Shown: positions 1-12,543 of the stretch, in pieces
How positions within the stretch are numbered: the stretch's first letter is position 1
How the letters are laid out: the number at the start of each line of letters is the position of its first letter
Assembly: GCA_964016885.1 (NCBI GenBank)
Contig: OZ024743.1
Span: forward strand, 78,120,001 to 78,184,000
Reading direction: 5' to 3'
DNA length: 64,000 nt
Source of the DNA: Eledone cirrhosa
Taxonomy: Eukaryota
Program-made: the position numbers and the translations under genes
Notes under the pieces: generated by a model
What the model saw: the letters and a program-made list of their open reading frames with translations, nothing else
Databases searched by the model: none
What the model was told of the DNA's origin: nothing

Positions 1-465
1 AAGACCCGTCCATAAGCAAACAGTACAATATGACCTGACCCATCCATGAGTTCCCCCATTCCACTAGCACTCCCCAGCAGCTATCCCCACCACTGCTGCA
101 GCCATCCTCCATCCAGTACCACTCCTTAGCTATTACCCCTGAAAAACTCTTAGATACTCTCACTAATGCACCCACTAATGCACCTACTAGCATTGCCCAC
201 AACAGGACAACCCGTCTAACCCATGCTAGCATGGAAAATCGACATAAACATCCAGCCGACAATGTAAAGTGATCATGTAAAAGACAGCAAAAAAGACCCA
301 GCACATGTTGTAAATGTGGTTGGCACTAGGAAGGACATCCAGCCATAAAAAAAACAGCCAGAAACAGTCCTAAATGAGCGAGATACAGTCACCCAACCCA
401 ACTTGCCCCTAAATGGGGCAAACCCGTCTAACCCATGCTAGCGTATAAGATGATGATAATGGTGA
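1..465 (+). mobile_element. RTE-LINE 3' tail fragments
   Basis: Similar to the RTE 3' UTRs at 7545-7945 and 44400-44740 (cccgtctaacccatgctagc, (GAT)n tail). Confidence 0.7.
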
Positions 466-777
466 TATATATATATAACCAACAGAGAAAAATAAAAATG
501 TTTTACCATAATACATGGAACATCTCAATGAATGAGACACGTAAAAATGTCTAGATCAGAAAAGCATATAATCAGTTTCACTTACGCCAAAGATGCAAGT
601 GAAATTCTCTTGTATTAGTTAGTTTGGTCTGCATTTTCACCTTTTGGAGATTTTGACATAAGTTAAACAATGTTTATATATATAGTATTTAAATTAACTA
701 TGGGTTTCTCCACAGTTGGTGTCTACCACATTTCAATTGCAAAGCCAACTCCTAAACCACACAGTCATATCGGTACC

Positions 778-1129
778 TACCGTATTTCCCGGCGCCGAAG
801 ACACTTCGTCCTCGAGGATACACTCTAATTTTGGCAACCAAAAATTTTATTTTTAAATAATTGTTTCTAGTTTTGTCACAAGGCCAGCAATTATCCCAGT
901 GCCTTACTGGTACTTTATTTTATCGACCCCGTAAGGATGAAAGGCAAAGTTAACCTCAGCGGGATTTGAACTCAGATTGTAAACTCTATGCTGCAAAGTA
1001 TGGCGTCCGACCCTCTACCGATACTGCCAATCCACAATAATAAACAACCTTCGGCCTCCAAGACGCAAGGTAGATTTTTAGACCTATTTTAGGAAAAAAG
1101 GAGCATCTTCAATGCTGGGAAATATGGTA
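778..1129. mobile_element. TA-flanked MITE (Tc1/mariner-pogo type) containing a SINE
   Basis: Imperfect TIRs taCCGTATTTCCCGGCGCCGAAGAC / CATCTTCAATGCTGGGAAATATGGta; minus-strand SINE at about 865-1040. Confidence 0.6.
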
Positions 1130-1197
1130 ATTTATTTTACATTCTTCAAACACTAAAACTCAACATCCTTTCTTTATTTTTTATATTAATATTCCAG

Positions 1198-1467
1198 GTG
1201 TATTCCTGAGTCTCCAAGGTGGCTTATTGGAAGAAAACATTTCAGAGAAGCACAACTAATTTTAAAGAAAATTATGAAGAAAAATAAAATAGATCATGAA
1301 GAAGTTTTTGATATTTTTACAAATAATGAGGAGATTTCATTGGAAAACAGTTTTCAACAAAATATAGATGAGAAAAAAATATCAAAAAAAGAGCGAAACT
1401 ACAGCTTTATTGATCTGTTTAGAACATTCCGGCTTGCAATGATCACACTTAATATTTGTTTTAGTTG
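1198..1467 (+). CDS. SLC22/organic cation transporter-like MFS gene, internal exon (upstream exons lie outside the window)
   Basis: ttccag acceptor; reads (W)CIPESPRWLIGRK...YSFIDLFRTFRLAMITLNICFS(W), containing the PESPRWL signature; TG|gtaagt donor, phase 2. Confidence 0.92.
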
Positions 1468-3559
1468 GTAAGTATGTCTTTGTTATATTCTTCAATGTCT
1501 CATAACATATGGCTGTCGATAGAATAAAGTACCAGTAATGCATTGAGTAATTGCTGGCCTTGTGCCAAAAGTAGAAACAATTATTATATTACTGTAATGC
1601 ATTAAGTTATACATATTATAGAGCCCTTTAGAGGGGTGGGGGGACACAATATTAATTTATTATACATATCATGAGGCCTGTTTGGTGGGAGTGCAATGTT
1701 TAGGTGTATTATTGTATTACTGTAATGTATTAAGTTATACATTACATGGGGCCCTTTTAAGGGGCAACATTTAGCTGTGTAGTGACCTACATTCCGCGGG
1801 CTCATATACATTCTCCATGCGTTATTTGGCTCAGCCCAGCCAATGACCGCCAGTGGAGGAGAATGTATCTCTACGCGCCCTGAGGGAAAAATTCCCGCGT
1901 CAGCTCAAAAAAATCTCTCTCTTGCAGCTTGACTATGGTAAGGTAAAGATCACTTATTCTCTAGCTCTGTAAGCACAAACAACATGTAACGGTGAGATTT
2001 GCACTTTGGCCTGTCGGCCTTCCTTGGGCCTGGCACAATGCCACATTCCTTTTGTAACCCTTTTATGTTTAACATCAACTATACAACTAAACAAACATTA
2101 CTTTGTGCTACAACAAATAAACATACATTTCATCTCCTATTTCTGCTGTTGACATCATTATTATGTTACTCGTGTCCCAGTTACTTTTATATACATAACT
2201 GCTAAAGGTGTATTAAAGTATAATTGTAAAATATTTAGTTATACATATCACAGGGCCCTTTTGGGGAACAATGTTTTATGGCTTCATGCCCAGCTTCCTG
2301 TTATCAACCGTTTTTAGTCATCACCTCTTACAAACTGCAGAGATATGGTGTACCTATTCAAAACCAAGAAATGGAATGAGATGGTTGGGTCATGTGTTGA
2401 AGAAGGATGAATATGGCTGATTGACAGGAATAAGGTAAATGAATGTGAAAGGAAATGGAAGAAGCAAACAAACATGAAAGACATGGCTTAATATGATAGA
2501 AGAAAAAATGAAAACCAGGGAGTTGGTGAAGGGGAGGTGCAGAAGATAAGACAAAATGGAGTAGCTTCTCATTGTGCCTAAAAGGTTAACCCTTGATTTA
2601 GTTTGGAAAATGTTCTTAAAATACTTGTTGTTGTATGAGGTATTGAGATGAACTGAAGAATATCGAAGATTTAATATCTTTATATTGATAACATTTTTGT
2701 GTTTTATTGTACTATGATATTTTTCACCATGCTGACATGTATGTGTATATGTGTGTGCATGTGTATATAAATATAAGCGCACAAGCGCAGACGCACTTAG
2801 AAAAATACACACTCACAGATATACATTCACACAAATACACATACATTCACACAAACTCACACATACATTCTCACAAACACACACATACATTTAGACAAAC
2901 ACACATATTCACATACACAGCATAGCAAATTGAACGCCAGCTGATGTTTTGCTATAATTTTTCACCATCTCCTTCCTTTTACATGCTTGTATGGGTTAGA
3001 CAGGTTGTTACGTTATGAAGCCAGGCAGGTTATGTGACAACGTATTTCTCTTACAATCTAATTTTGGCTGGGTTTTCTACAGCTGGATGCCCTTCCTAAT
3101 GCTAGCCACATTACAATGTGTACTGGGAGCTTATTTTTATGGCACCAGCACCTTACATGGTGGACTGGATGCTTTTTGTCAAGGCACATGTGAGGGAAAT
3201 TTAGTAAACAGAAATTGTGTGTAAGTCAGTTAGAGAGATTATTCTCGAATATTAGAGAGAAAAATCTGGTTCGTGTGTGCCTTTAACAGAATCCACTCAG
3301 TTGCAAGCATTCAGGTCTGAAGATGTTCCTCCAACCTTCTCTCCAGTCTTGCTGACACTAAAAAGGGTCATGGCTGCTTTCCTTCTTCCTATGACTAAGT
3401 GATAAAAAAAATGTTGGAATCAATCCAATTTAGTATTGTTTTCTCTCTTATGTAATTGGTCTTGTAAAATAATTTTTTTAAAACTCAATATTTAGCTCTT
3501 AACATTCTGAACAATTAGCCCAGTAATAAAGATAAGACAATGTAAACATTTAAATTAAC

Positions 3560-3745
3560 CTTCTTCTTCTTGTTGAGAGGGTTGTGGAGAAGAGTCTTCA
3601 AACACTCCTTCCAGCAGGTCCTGTCAGAAACAATCGTCTCCAACTGATCCAACTAGATCCCCAAGTAAGACCAGCCAAGCTCATAGATGTTATCCAACCA
3701 TCTTGCTCAGAGTCTACCACTGGGTCTCCTGCCGGTTGGTTTTTC
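3560..3745 (-). mobile_element. RTE-type LINE 3' coding remnant
   Basis: Minus strand reads PTGRRPSGR..RWLDNI..DRTCW; (GAA)n tail. Confidence 0.55.
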
Positions 3746-4394
3746 TCGTATATAAGATGTTAAGAGATAAAAGCCTCTGGTAGTTCAATAGAATGAGTAC
3801 CAGTAATATACTGTTTTATTTTATCTCCAAATCTATGAAAATGTTCTTGTGTCTAATCAAAAGATATCAACATCCGATGAATTAAATGAGATATTTTCTT
3901 TTTCTTCAAAAAAGATATATTGTTAATAATACACTATATGTGTGTGTATGTATGTGTTTATGTTGGGTTCCTGGTATGTCCTGTAACTTAGCAGCTAGAA
4001 AAAACAAGCATCAATAAAATAATTACTGGGGTTATCATAGGTGGTCAATATGGCAGGGTTGTCAGAACATTAGATATTTTTTCTAGGTCTCTGTTTTCAG
4101 TTCAAACCCTACTGAGGTTCACTTTGCCTTTCATCCTTTAGGGGTTGATAAAGAAAGTACCAGTTCGGTGCTGGTGCAGCCCTCTCTCCTTCCAGGTTCC
4201 CACATCCTGGATGATCTACTGCAGAGCTTCTCAAAAAAGGTCCAGGGGGCACTGGGGCCTAAGGGGTGGTTAAGGGTAGAGGTAAAGATGATATAATACT
4301 ATATTAAATATCAAATTATACATATTATATATAAATATAGTAAAATAAAAAATTATATTTATTTATACATAGTATATATTATATTATTTACTCA

Positions 4395-7300
4395 GTGACA
4401 ATGCCAAAGATAAAGACAAATTCACCTCATGCTGCCGGACGAGAATGCAAGGACTCCTCTTTATTTCGGCCGCGGATGGCCAACATAACCCTCCCCCCTG
4501 CGCCCCACCGTTCCCACCCTCCAAACGCAATCCAAAACTTCAGAGTTGGTACCATGAATATAGGTACCTTAAAAGGTCGCTCTAACGAGGTTGTAGAAAT
4601 GCTTGAACGTAAGGAGGTCGATGTTTGCTGTATTCAAGAGAACAGGTGGAGGGGTGGATCTGCCAGATTCATTGTGGGTAAAAAACGATGCTATAAGCTT
4701 TCTGGGTAGGAAATGACAATGGGCTGGTTGGAGTAGGAATCATGGTAGCAGAAAAGTGGGCAGATAAGATAATAGACGTAAATAGAGTGAACAACAGAAT
4801 AATTAAAATAAGACTTGTCCTCAATAGAACTACTGTGACAATCACATCTGCACATGTACCACAATCCGGACTGCCTGGCGTTATAAAAGACAGATTCTAT
4901 GAGATGTTAATGCTCACTACCTTCCAAATAACCGACAGTGACTACATAGTTATCGCTGGCGACCTAAATGGTCACGTTGGACAACATTGTGATGGCTATG
5001 ACCGAATCCATGGAGGCTATGGTTTTGGTACTAGAAATGAGGAAGGCTCCAGAATCCTGGAATTCTGTGATGCAAATAACCTAACTATCTGTAACACTAA
5101 CTTCAAAAAACGAGACAATCACTTGATCACCTATAGATCAGGGGAACACACCAGCCAGGTAGATTATATCCTTACCAGAAGACGTGACAGAGTGTCTGTT
5201 GTAAACACTAAATCCCTCCCCCATGAAGAATGCACCTATCAACATAGACTCATAATTAGCGACCTCATAGTCAGGGCGAGACGTACAACAGAAGAGGACT
5301 ATCCTCAGGAGAAAAATATGGAAGCTAAAGGACCCCACAGCCAGTAATAAATTTAAAAGCATATTACTTGATGCTTTTGATAGTAAGGAAGAGCAATTAG
5401 AGTCGTACAATATAGAGGAACAGTGGGGATTCCTGAAAGCTAACCTGCTGAAGGCGACAGATGAAATCTGTGGCTGGAGCAGACCTATAGGCAGGAGGAG
5501 AGTAACTTGGTGGTGGAACAGTAAGGTGGAGGGATCAATCAAGGCCAAAAAGCAGGCTTGGGAAGCATGGCGGGATGGGGAAGTAGAGAAGACTATCAAG
5601 TGGCCAGGAGGGAAGCTAGGAGATAAGTGTACTTCACAAGAAGGGAAGCAGAGGAAAGAAAGTTCAAGCATGTTCTACAACACGAGGACCCAAAACGTGA
5701 GGTGTTCAGGATTGCTAGGCAATGTGTCAAGGAAAACCGTGATATTGTCGGGGAGAAGTGTGTCCTTAATAATGATGGTGTACTTGCCATCACTGACGCT
5801 GATAAGAAGGTAGCTTGGAAGTGTCACTACGAAAGGCTACTAAATGAGGAGAATAATTGGGAGAAAGACAGTCTCCCCCATATCGATCCAATAGAGGGAC
5901 CAGCAGTGCAAGTTGAAGGTAGTATAATAAGTAAGGCGATCAAAGACATGAAGACAGGCAAGGCGGCTGGGCCTTCGGAAATAGTTGCTGAAATGATGAA
6001 AGCATCTGGAACGGTGGGACACACTATGGTCACCCGGATAGTAAACCAAGTCATACAGAATTGGGTCGTTCCGAAGGACTGGCGTAGCAGCAGCATCATC
6101 ATTAACTGCTACAAGGGTAAAGGAGATGCCCTAGATATGGGAAACTATAGAGGCATTAAATTAATTGACCAGGTCATGAAGGTCACAGAAAAAGTAATAA
6201 CGCAACTAATCAGAGAGCGAATTGATCTAGATGAAATGCAGTTCGGGTTTGTGTCAGGTAAAAGTACAACAGACGCTCTTTTCATTGTACGACAACTACA
6301 GGAGAAGTACCTAGCTAAAAGTAAACCCCTATACTTAGCTTTTGTTGACTTGGAGAAAGCCTTTGACAGAGTACCCCGCTCGATTATCTGGTGGGACCTT
6401 AGAAAACTAGGGGTTGATGAATGGCTTGTGAGAGCTATACAAGCCATGTATAAAGAAACAGTCAGCAAGGTTAGAATTAACAACGAATATAGTGAAGAGT
6501 TTAGCGTAAAAGTTGGTGTTCATCCGTCCTTAGCCCCCTACTATTTATTATTGCCCTTCAGGCTATAACAGAGGAGTTCAAGACCGGCTGCCCATGGTAA
6601 CTTCTATACGCAGATGATCTAACGCTCATAGCTGAATCAATGGCTGAACTAGAGAAGAAATTCCAAACATGGCCTAGAATCAAAAGGCTTTAAAATTAAC
6701 CTGTCTAAGACTAAAGTTCTAGTTTGTAGGAAGGAAAATAGGGCACTGGTCCCATCTGGGAAATGGCCATGCTCAGTGTGTAGGAAAGGAGTAGGCAGAA
6801 ACTCCATTTTATGTCCCAAATGCAAAGTATGGGTGCATAAAAGATGTAGTGGGATCACAGGTAAGCTAACTAAGAATATAGATTTTATATGTGGCTGGTG
6901 CTCAGGTGCAATAACTAGTAGCAAGTGCCCACAGAATACTAGCTCATTCCATTGCACAGATGGTTCTATAGAAATAGTGGACACCTTCCGTTACCTGGGT
7001 GATAAAATCAGCAGTGGTGGAGGGTGCTCTGAAAGTACAGTAGCTAGAGTCAGAACGGGATGGAAAAAGTTCAAAGAGCTTATACCACTATTGGAAGCTA
7101 AAGGGTTCTCTCTAAAAATGAAAGGCAGGCTGTATGATGCCTGCATACGAACAGTAATGTTACATGGCAGTGAGACCTGGGCATTGTGTGCAGAGGATAT
7201 ACGCAGACTGGAGAGGAACGAAGCTTGCATGCTCCGCTGGATGTGTAATAGTAATATACGTGAACGGCAAAGCATAAATGAACTAAGGGAGAAATTAGAA

Positions 7301-7945
7301 ATAAGAGGGATCAGATGTTGTTTACTCGAGAGAAGGCTACGTTGGTATGGTCACGTGATGTGCATGAAAGACGACAGCTGTATAAAAAAGTGCAGGACGA
7401 TAAAAATAGACGGTAGCCACGGAGTAGGCAGACCCAGAAAAACCTGGGACGACTTGATAAATTCCGACATCACACACTTGCACCTCAAAAAGACAATGTC
7501 ACTGGACCAAGATCTTTGGTGCTACACAGTAATACAGAAGACCCGCTTTGGCTAAGTACAAAGCGAAACCTACAGTCAGTAGCCACCTCTAACAAAAATA
7601 CACCCCCGTCCCACCACCCCCACCCCATCCACACCACCCCTTTCGATGTAAAGTTATGTTGGTACCACAACATCCAGTCCGAAATAAATGAAGTCGTGTA
7701 GGTGTCACAAAAAAAAAAAACACACAGTCCACGCTGTAATGTGGCCGTGTAGGTAACACGGTAAAAACCTCTCAGTCCACACTGTAAATGTGGTTGGTGT
7801 TAGGAAGGGCATCCAGCCGTAGAAAACCCGCCAGGCAGTCCTATACGAGCATACAACCAATCTTGCCTCAAGTGGGAAAATTCCCGTCCAAACCCATGCA
7901 AGCGTGGAAGATGGACGTTAAACGATGATGATGATGATGATGATA
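4395..7945 (+). mobile_element. RTE-clade LINE, near full length, frameshifted
   Basis: APE endonuclease (GTMNIGTL, CCIQE, GDLNGHVG, QVDYIL); RT (NYRGIKL, QFGF, FVDLEKAFDRV, YADD); C-terminal LHGSETW and RGRP-like motifs; (GAT)n tail. Confidence 0.95.
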
Positions 7946-8652
7946 TAAATTAATGATTTTATCTATTACTAGCAGTGTATCCCGGCATTGCACAGCTAAG
8001 AACATTGGTAATAGCACCTCCAATGAGAGACGTTTATTTGCGAGTGCCTGTTAAAAACTCACGAAAATATACTGACAGGAAACTTGTTTTATTTGGAGCA
8101 AATTAAGAAGTTGAAAGTACAGTTTAGCTGTCTACGTGCATTGTTCATAGGAATATTGTTGAGCCCCTTCTTTTCATACTACTCTGTTTTGGCCTATTGG
8201 AGTAAATGTGAAAGAGAAAGTCACAGGTTAAGTTGGAAGAAGGTTCTAGTGTCATAGCAGTAAGGCGTAGGCTACTTACCTCAAAAGTTCATTCGCACAT
8301 TTTCCACTAAGTTACTCTTTCTCTCTATCCCTCTCGGTGCAGTCCCTTGCGAATTTCTGCCCGATTCACATGTCTGCTTTATACGGCTTTTGGAGGAAGG
8401 AGTGACAAGCAGTACATTGTTCGGTATTATTACGAAAAGGTGTAGCGGAGAATTCCGCGTGACCTAACAGCTCGGGAGGAAACTGCTTATCGAAGATTCA
8501 TTCGGCATCGTTCTTGTCAACGCTGCGTTTAGTTGGTATTTGTTAGTCTACAGTTAGATGAATGGCGCACAGAGGGTTAATGTTTATTGGCAAGAAGTTT
8601 TTTGAATAATAAAAGACGGGTTAAAGAGACCTACAATGTATCTGTGTGTGTG

Positions 8653-8689
<37 letters not shown>

Positions 8690-8691
<2 letters not shown>

Positions 8692-9070
8692 TGATTAATG
8701 TTCAGAGCCATCCTCAGCATTCTCATGTAGCACTCATTCACCATCAGAGTGAGTTTCTTGGTCAGTGTCCAAGTCTCAGACCCGTACAGCAGCACAGACT
8801 CCACTACTGCTACAAAGAGTGACACAGAGGAGACTGAGGTTAGCTGGACATGCCCACCAACATCCAGAGTTGACACTGCACTCAGTGCTCCTTGGGAGCC
8901 CCTGCATGGACACACTCGAAGAGGAAGACCGAGGTTAACATATGTTGATACCCTAAGGACAGACACCGGTCTGTTGGAGACGCAGGACGTTGTAGCGATA
9001 ATGAGGGACAGAGACCGCTGGAGAGAACTCGTCCATGGATCTCGGGAATTTTACCCGCCTTAGATAGATA
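8690..9070. mobile_element. 5'-inverted RTE-type LINE 3' fragment
   Basis: 8690-8820 minus: FVAVVESVLLYGSETWTLT..YMRMLRMALNI; 8822-9063 plus: QRRLRLAGH..RRGRPRLTYVD..DRDRWR. Confidence 0.8.
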
Positions 9071-9142
9071 TATTTTTATGTGTATAGTTATATATATGTA
9101 TATGTGTATATATGTGTATATGTGTTTCTATATGTATGTATG

Positions 9143-9238
<96 letters not shown>

Positions 9239-9325
9239 TATATATATGTATATAATTATGAAGAGAGAAGGAACATTTAGATATAATTAGTAATAAAATG
9301 CATCATACCTAAACTGCTCCTAGAT

Positions 9326-9415
9326 TCCTCGACTACGTAGTTTCGTGGCATAATCAAAAACAATACATCATAAAGATATAGAGTCCCTGCGAGGTCTGCC
9401 AACTTATCAAGAGGA
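9326..9415 (-). ncRNA. Type I hammerhead ribozyme, inverted copy
   Basis: Reverse complement of 9738-9827. Confidence 0.72.
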
Positions 9416-9737
9416 TACCTCATTTTACTAGTCTCAAGAACGCGTCTACACGACGTGAGAAAGAATCCCAAAAGGTGGAGGGGGAGATAGTCACGCGATA
9501 TAACGGTCGAGAAACAGTCGATATAACGGTCGAGAAACATACTTCTTGCCCCCTTCACCACCTCTTCTACGGCTTCGATATGAATACCCCCTCCGCCTCT
9601 GTGGTATTTTATTCGGGGTTATAAGAGGCTTAGCTCTGTTTCTCGACCGTTATATCGCGTGACTATCTCCCCCTCCGCCTTTTGGGATTCTTTCTCACGT
9701 CGTGTAGACGTGTTCTTGAGACTAGTAAAATGAGGTA

Positions 9738-9827
9738 TCCTCTTGATAAGTTGGCAAACCTCGCAGGGACTCTATATCTTTATGATGTATTGTTTTTGTT
9801 TATGCCACGAAACTACGTAGTCGAGGA
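9738..9827 (+). ncRNA. Type I hammerhead ribozyme, U3-A8 core variant
   Basis: tcctc-TTGATAA-gttggca..tgccac-GAAA-ctacgtag-TC-gagga. Confidence 0.75.
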
Positions 9828-10332
9828 ATCTAGGAGCAGTTTAGGTATGATGCATTTTATTACTAATTATATCTAAATGTTCCTTCTCTCTTCATAATGT
9901 ATTTTTAACTCTGATACTGGTTCAGTCTAGTTCAACCGGATTGGTCTGTCCCAGTCATTCATTGAGCAACATCGGTGAGGTTGGCACCCTTAACTCACGG
10001 TTGGGTGTGGATGCATTCATGTATATGTGTGTGTCCACATGTATCTGTGTGTTTCTAAATATATTGTTAATAACTCCCTCTCTGGTTGAGTAATCTTTGA
10101 AGTGTGGTGGCTGCTGGAAAGCTGCCATTACTCATACTTCTCTCCTCCTTCACCACCTCTTCTACGGCTTCGATATGAATACCCCCTCCGCCTCTGTGGT
10201 ATTTTATTCGGGGTTATAAGAGGCTTAGCTCTGTTTCTCGACCGTTATATCGCGTGACTATCTCCCCCTCCGCCTTTTGGGATTCTTTCTCACGTCGTGT
10301 AGACGCGTTCTTGAGACTAGTAAAATGAGGTA

Positions 10333-10422
10333 TCCTCTTGATAAGTTGGCAGACCTCGCAGGGACTCTATATCTTTATGATGTATTGTTTTTGTTTATGC
10401 CACGAAACTACGTAGTCGAGGA
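10333..10422 (+). ncRNA. Type I hammerhead ribozyme, second tandem copy
   Basis: Same motif 595 nt downstream. Confidence 0.75.
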
Positions 10423-11487
10423 ATCTAGGAGCAGTTTAGGTATGATGCATTTTATTACTAATTATATCTAAATGTTCCTTCTCTCTTCATAATGTATTTT
10501 TAACTCTGATACTGGTTCAGTCTAGTTCAACCGGATTGGTCTGTCCCAGTCATTCATTGAGCAACATCGGTGAGGTTGGCACCCTTAACTCACGGTTGGG
10601 TGTGGATGCATTCATGTATATGTGTGTGTCCGCATGTATCTGTGTGTTTCTAAATATATTATATATGTATATATATATATATATGTATGTATGTATATGT
10701 GTATATATGTGTGTGTATATGTATATATGTGTATATATATGTGTAATTCTATATATGTATATATATATATATATATGTGTGTGTGTGAATGTGGTGATGA
10801 TAATACGTCAGCAATGACGAGTTGGTCATAATGTCGTTTTGCAGACAAAAGACATACAGACAGATATTATAAGGGCGCGACAGAGATCGATAACCGGCGC
10901 CTAACACCCCTTTAACAACAGAAAATTGAAAAATAAAAGCTGCAGTTAATATCTTTAGACCACAAGGAATATATAAATGCAAGTTTGAAGTCAATTGGAG
11001 TAGAAATGTGGATTTGTATAGACTTTGCAAAAATGAGGACACACACAGACAACTACAGTTTTATATATATGTATAGATATATTATTTACAATTTGTGTAT
11101 AGGCTGTGAGTGGGGTAGCAAAAGGTTTGAGAACCTATGATCTACTAGATCAAAGAATGGAGGATCAAGAGGCTGTTTGTGTCTGCTCATCACTGTACAA
11201 GCACCTAAAACCTTCAGTAAAAGCATGGTTCATACTACCAAGTCATACTTGTTTGTAAGTGGTGGCTGTAGTTATAATGAAATAAACCCCTGAATGCAAT
11301 GTCCCAGTATAACCACAGAGGTAAAAGAATAAAAAAAATGTAACAAGAATAAAATTCAAAAGACTATTAAGCTTTAGTGATATAAGCAGATATATTAAAT
11401 TTTTCTTATCTAAAATTAGTTGTAGCATTAGTAGTTAGTATTGGATTATTTTGTGAGAAGACAAATCAACAAAGATTAATCTTGTAA

Positions 11488-12543
11488 CCCTTTAGCATTT
11501 AAACTGTCCATATCCGGCTAGAATTCTCTCCCCCCTTTCATCAACCTGGTCGAAAACGGCCCCTCATATCGACGTTAAGGTATTCTCAAAATAAATAATA
11601 TCATCAAAATCTCATAGATTCGATATTATGAAAGATAATTATGTAAATCTAGCAGAAAAACCACCTGAAGGATGGTTTTCTGCTAGCATGTGTAGTGTGC
11701 ATATTGATATAATATGCAGGTATATATACATGTAGCTATGATACATCAAATAAAATCGTAATTGACAATATACACAGAAATTGAACGAAGACTGCGTTAC
11801 ACTGACTTATGTAATCAGGAACGTAATCCATGGTACATTAAAAAAAAGACAATATTCGGGCTAAGAAGGCCAAACTCTCCATGTACCGTTCGCTCTCCGA
11901 CAGTTTCGTGGTCGTGCCTTTGGCATTGGAGACTTCTGGTGTTCTTCGCCCTAGGGCTACCTCCCTATTCACCACCATAGGCGCTGAGCTAGCCAGCCGC
12001 AGGTGTGAGCCTCGCGAGTTGGAATGGCTGTTCCAGCGCATCTCCCTTGCCATCTTCCGGGGAAACGCCTTCTCCATCCTGTCCGTTGGGGCTGTGAGGA
12101 GGCCAGCACGTGGGACCCCATTTGCTCACCATACGGATTAATAGGCAAAGTTATAAACTATTGTAAATAAATGTTTGTGAATCAACGCTAGTATGACGGA
12201 AAAAAAATTATATATTAACTGCATTAGGAGAAAATTAATGACGGAAATATATGAATGTTTATTTAAGTGATCGCTAACCTGAAGTGTTCACATTTGAAAA
12301 TTTTAAAGAAGTGAATTATTAAATAAGCAATAAAATATATTTAATCAACAGCCACGAAATTTAGTAGATAAATTATGTAATATTCATTCATTATTTATTC
12401 AAAATAATCCAACTTATTTTACAAACGGGATAAAAAATTATATTCTGGATGCAGTCCCGCACTCCTTTCATTATTATAGTTAAGATAAAGCCTTTACCAA
12501 AAAAATACTATAGTAAATATAGAGTAATGTAAATGCTAAATGG
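11488..12543. mobile_element. piggyBac-like non-autonomous TIR element (shorter relative at about 13465-13682)
   Basis: taa-CCCTTTAGCATTTA ... TAAATGCTAAATGG-ttaa termini. Confidence 0.55.
11880..12175 (+). mobile_element. CRE-clade LINE 3' fragment
   Basis: GC-rich island; FVVVPLALETSG...WLFQRISLAIFRGNAFSIL resembles the CRE restriction-like endonuclease C-terminus. Confidence 0.7.

Larger units (their letters stand above)
9254..10660 (+). mobile_element. ORF-less HHR-bearing tandem element (retrozyme or mini-PLE) with inverted 5' copy
   Basis: 595-nt direct repeat (9538-10132, 10133-10660); 9254 to about 9514 is the reverse complement of about 9630-9899; (TA)n on both sides. Confidence 0.8.
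7969..11077 (-). mobile_element. Non-autonomous Helitron with nested insertions
   Basis: Minus strand begins A|TCTATACATATATATAAAAC at 11077 and ends in a hairpin plus GCTAG|T at 7969; 10820-10880 is related to 38595-38655. Confidence 0.5.

Noticed and set aside
1775-2200. Possible solo LTR (TG...AATAAA...CA)
   Set aside because: No convincing TSD and no second copy in the window
9277-10471. Repeated 64-94 aa ORFs (MGFFLTSCRR..)
   Set aside because: No recognisable domain; they recur only because the non-coding HHR unit is repeated
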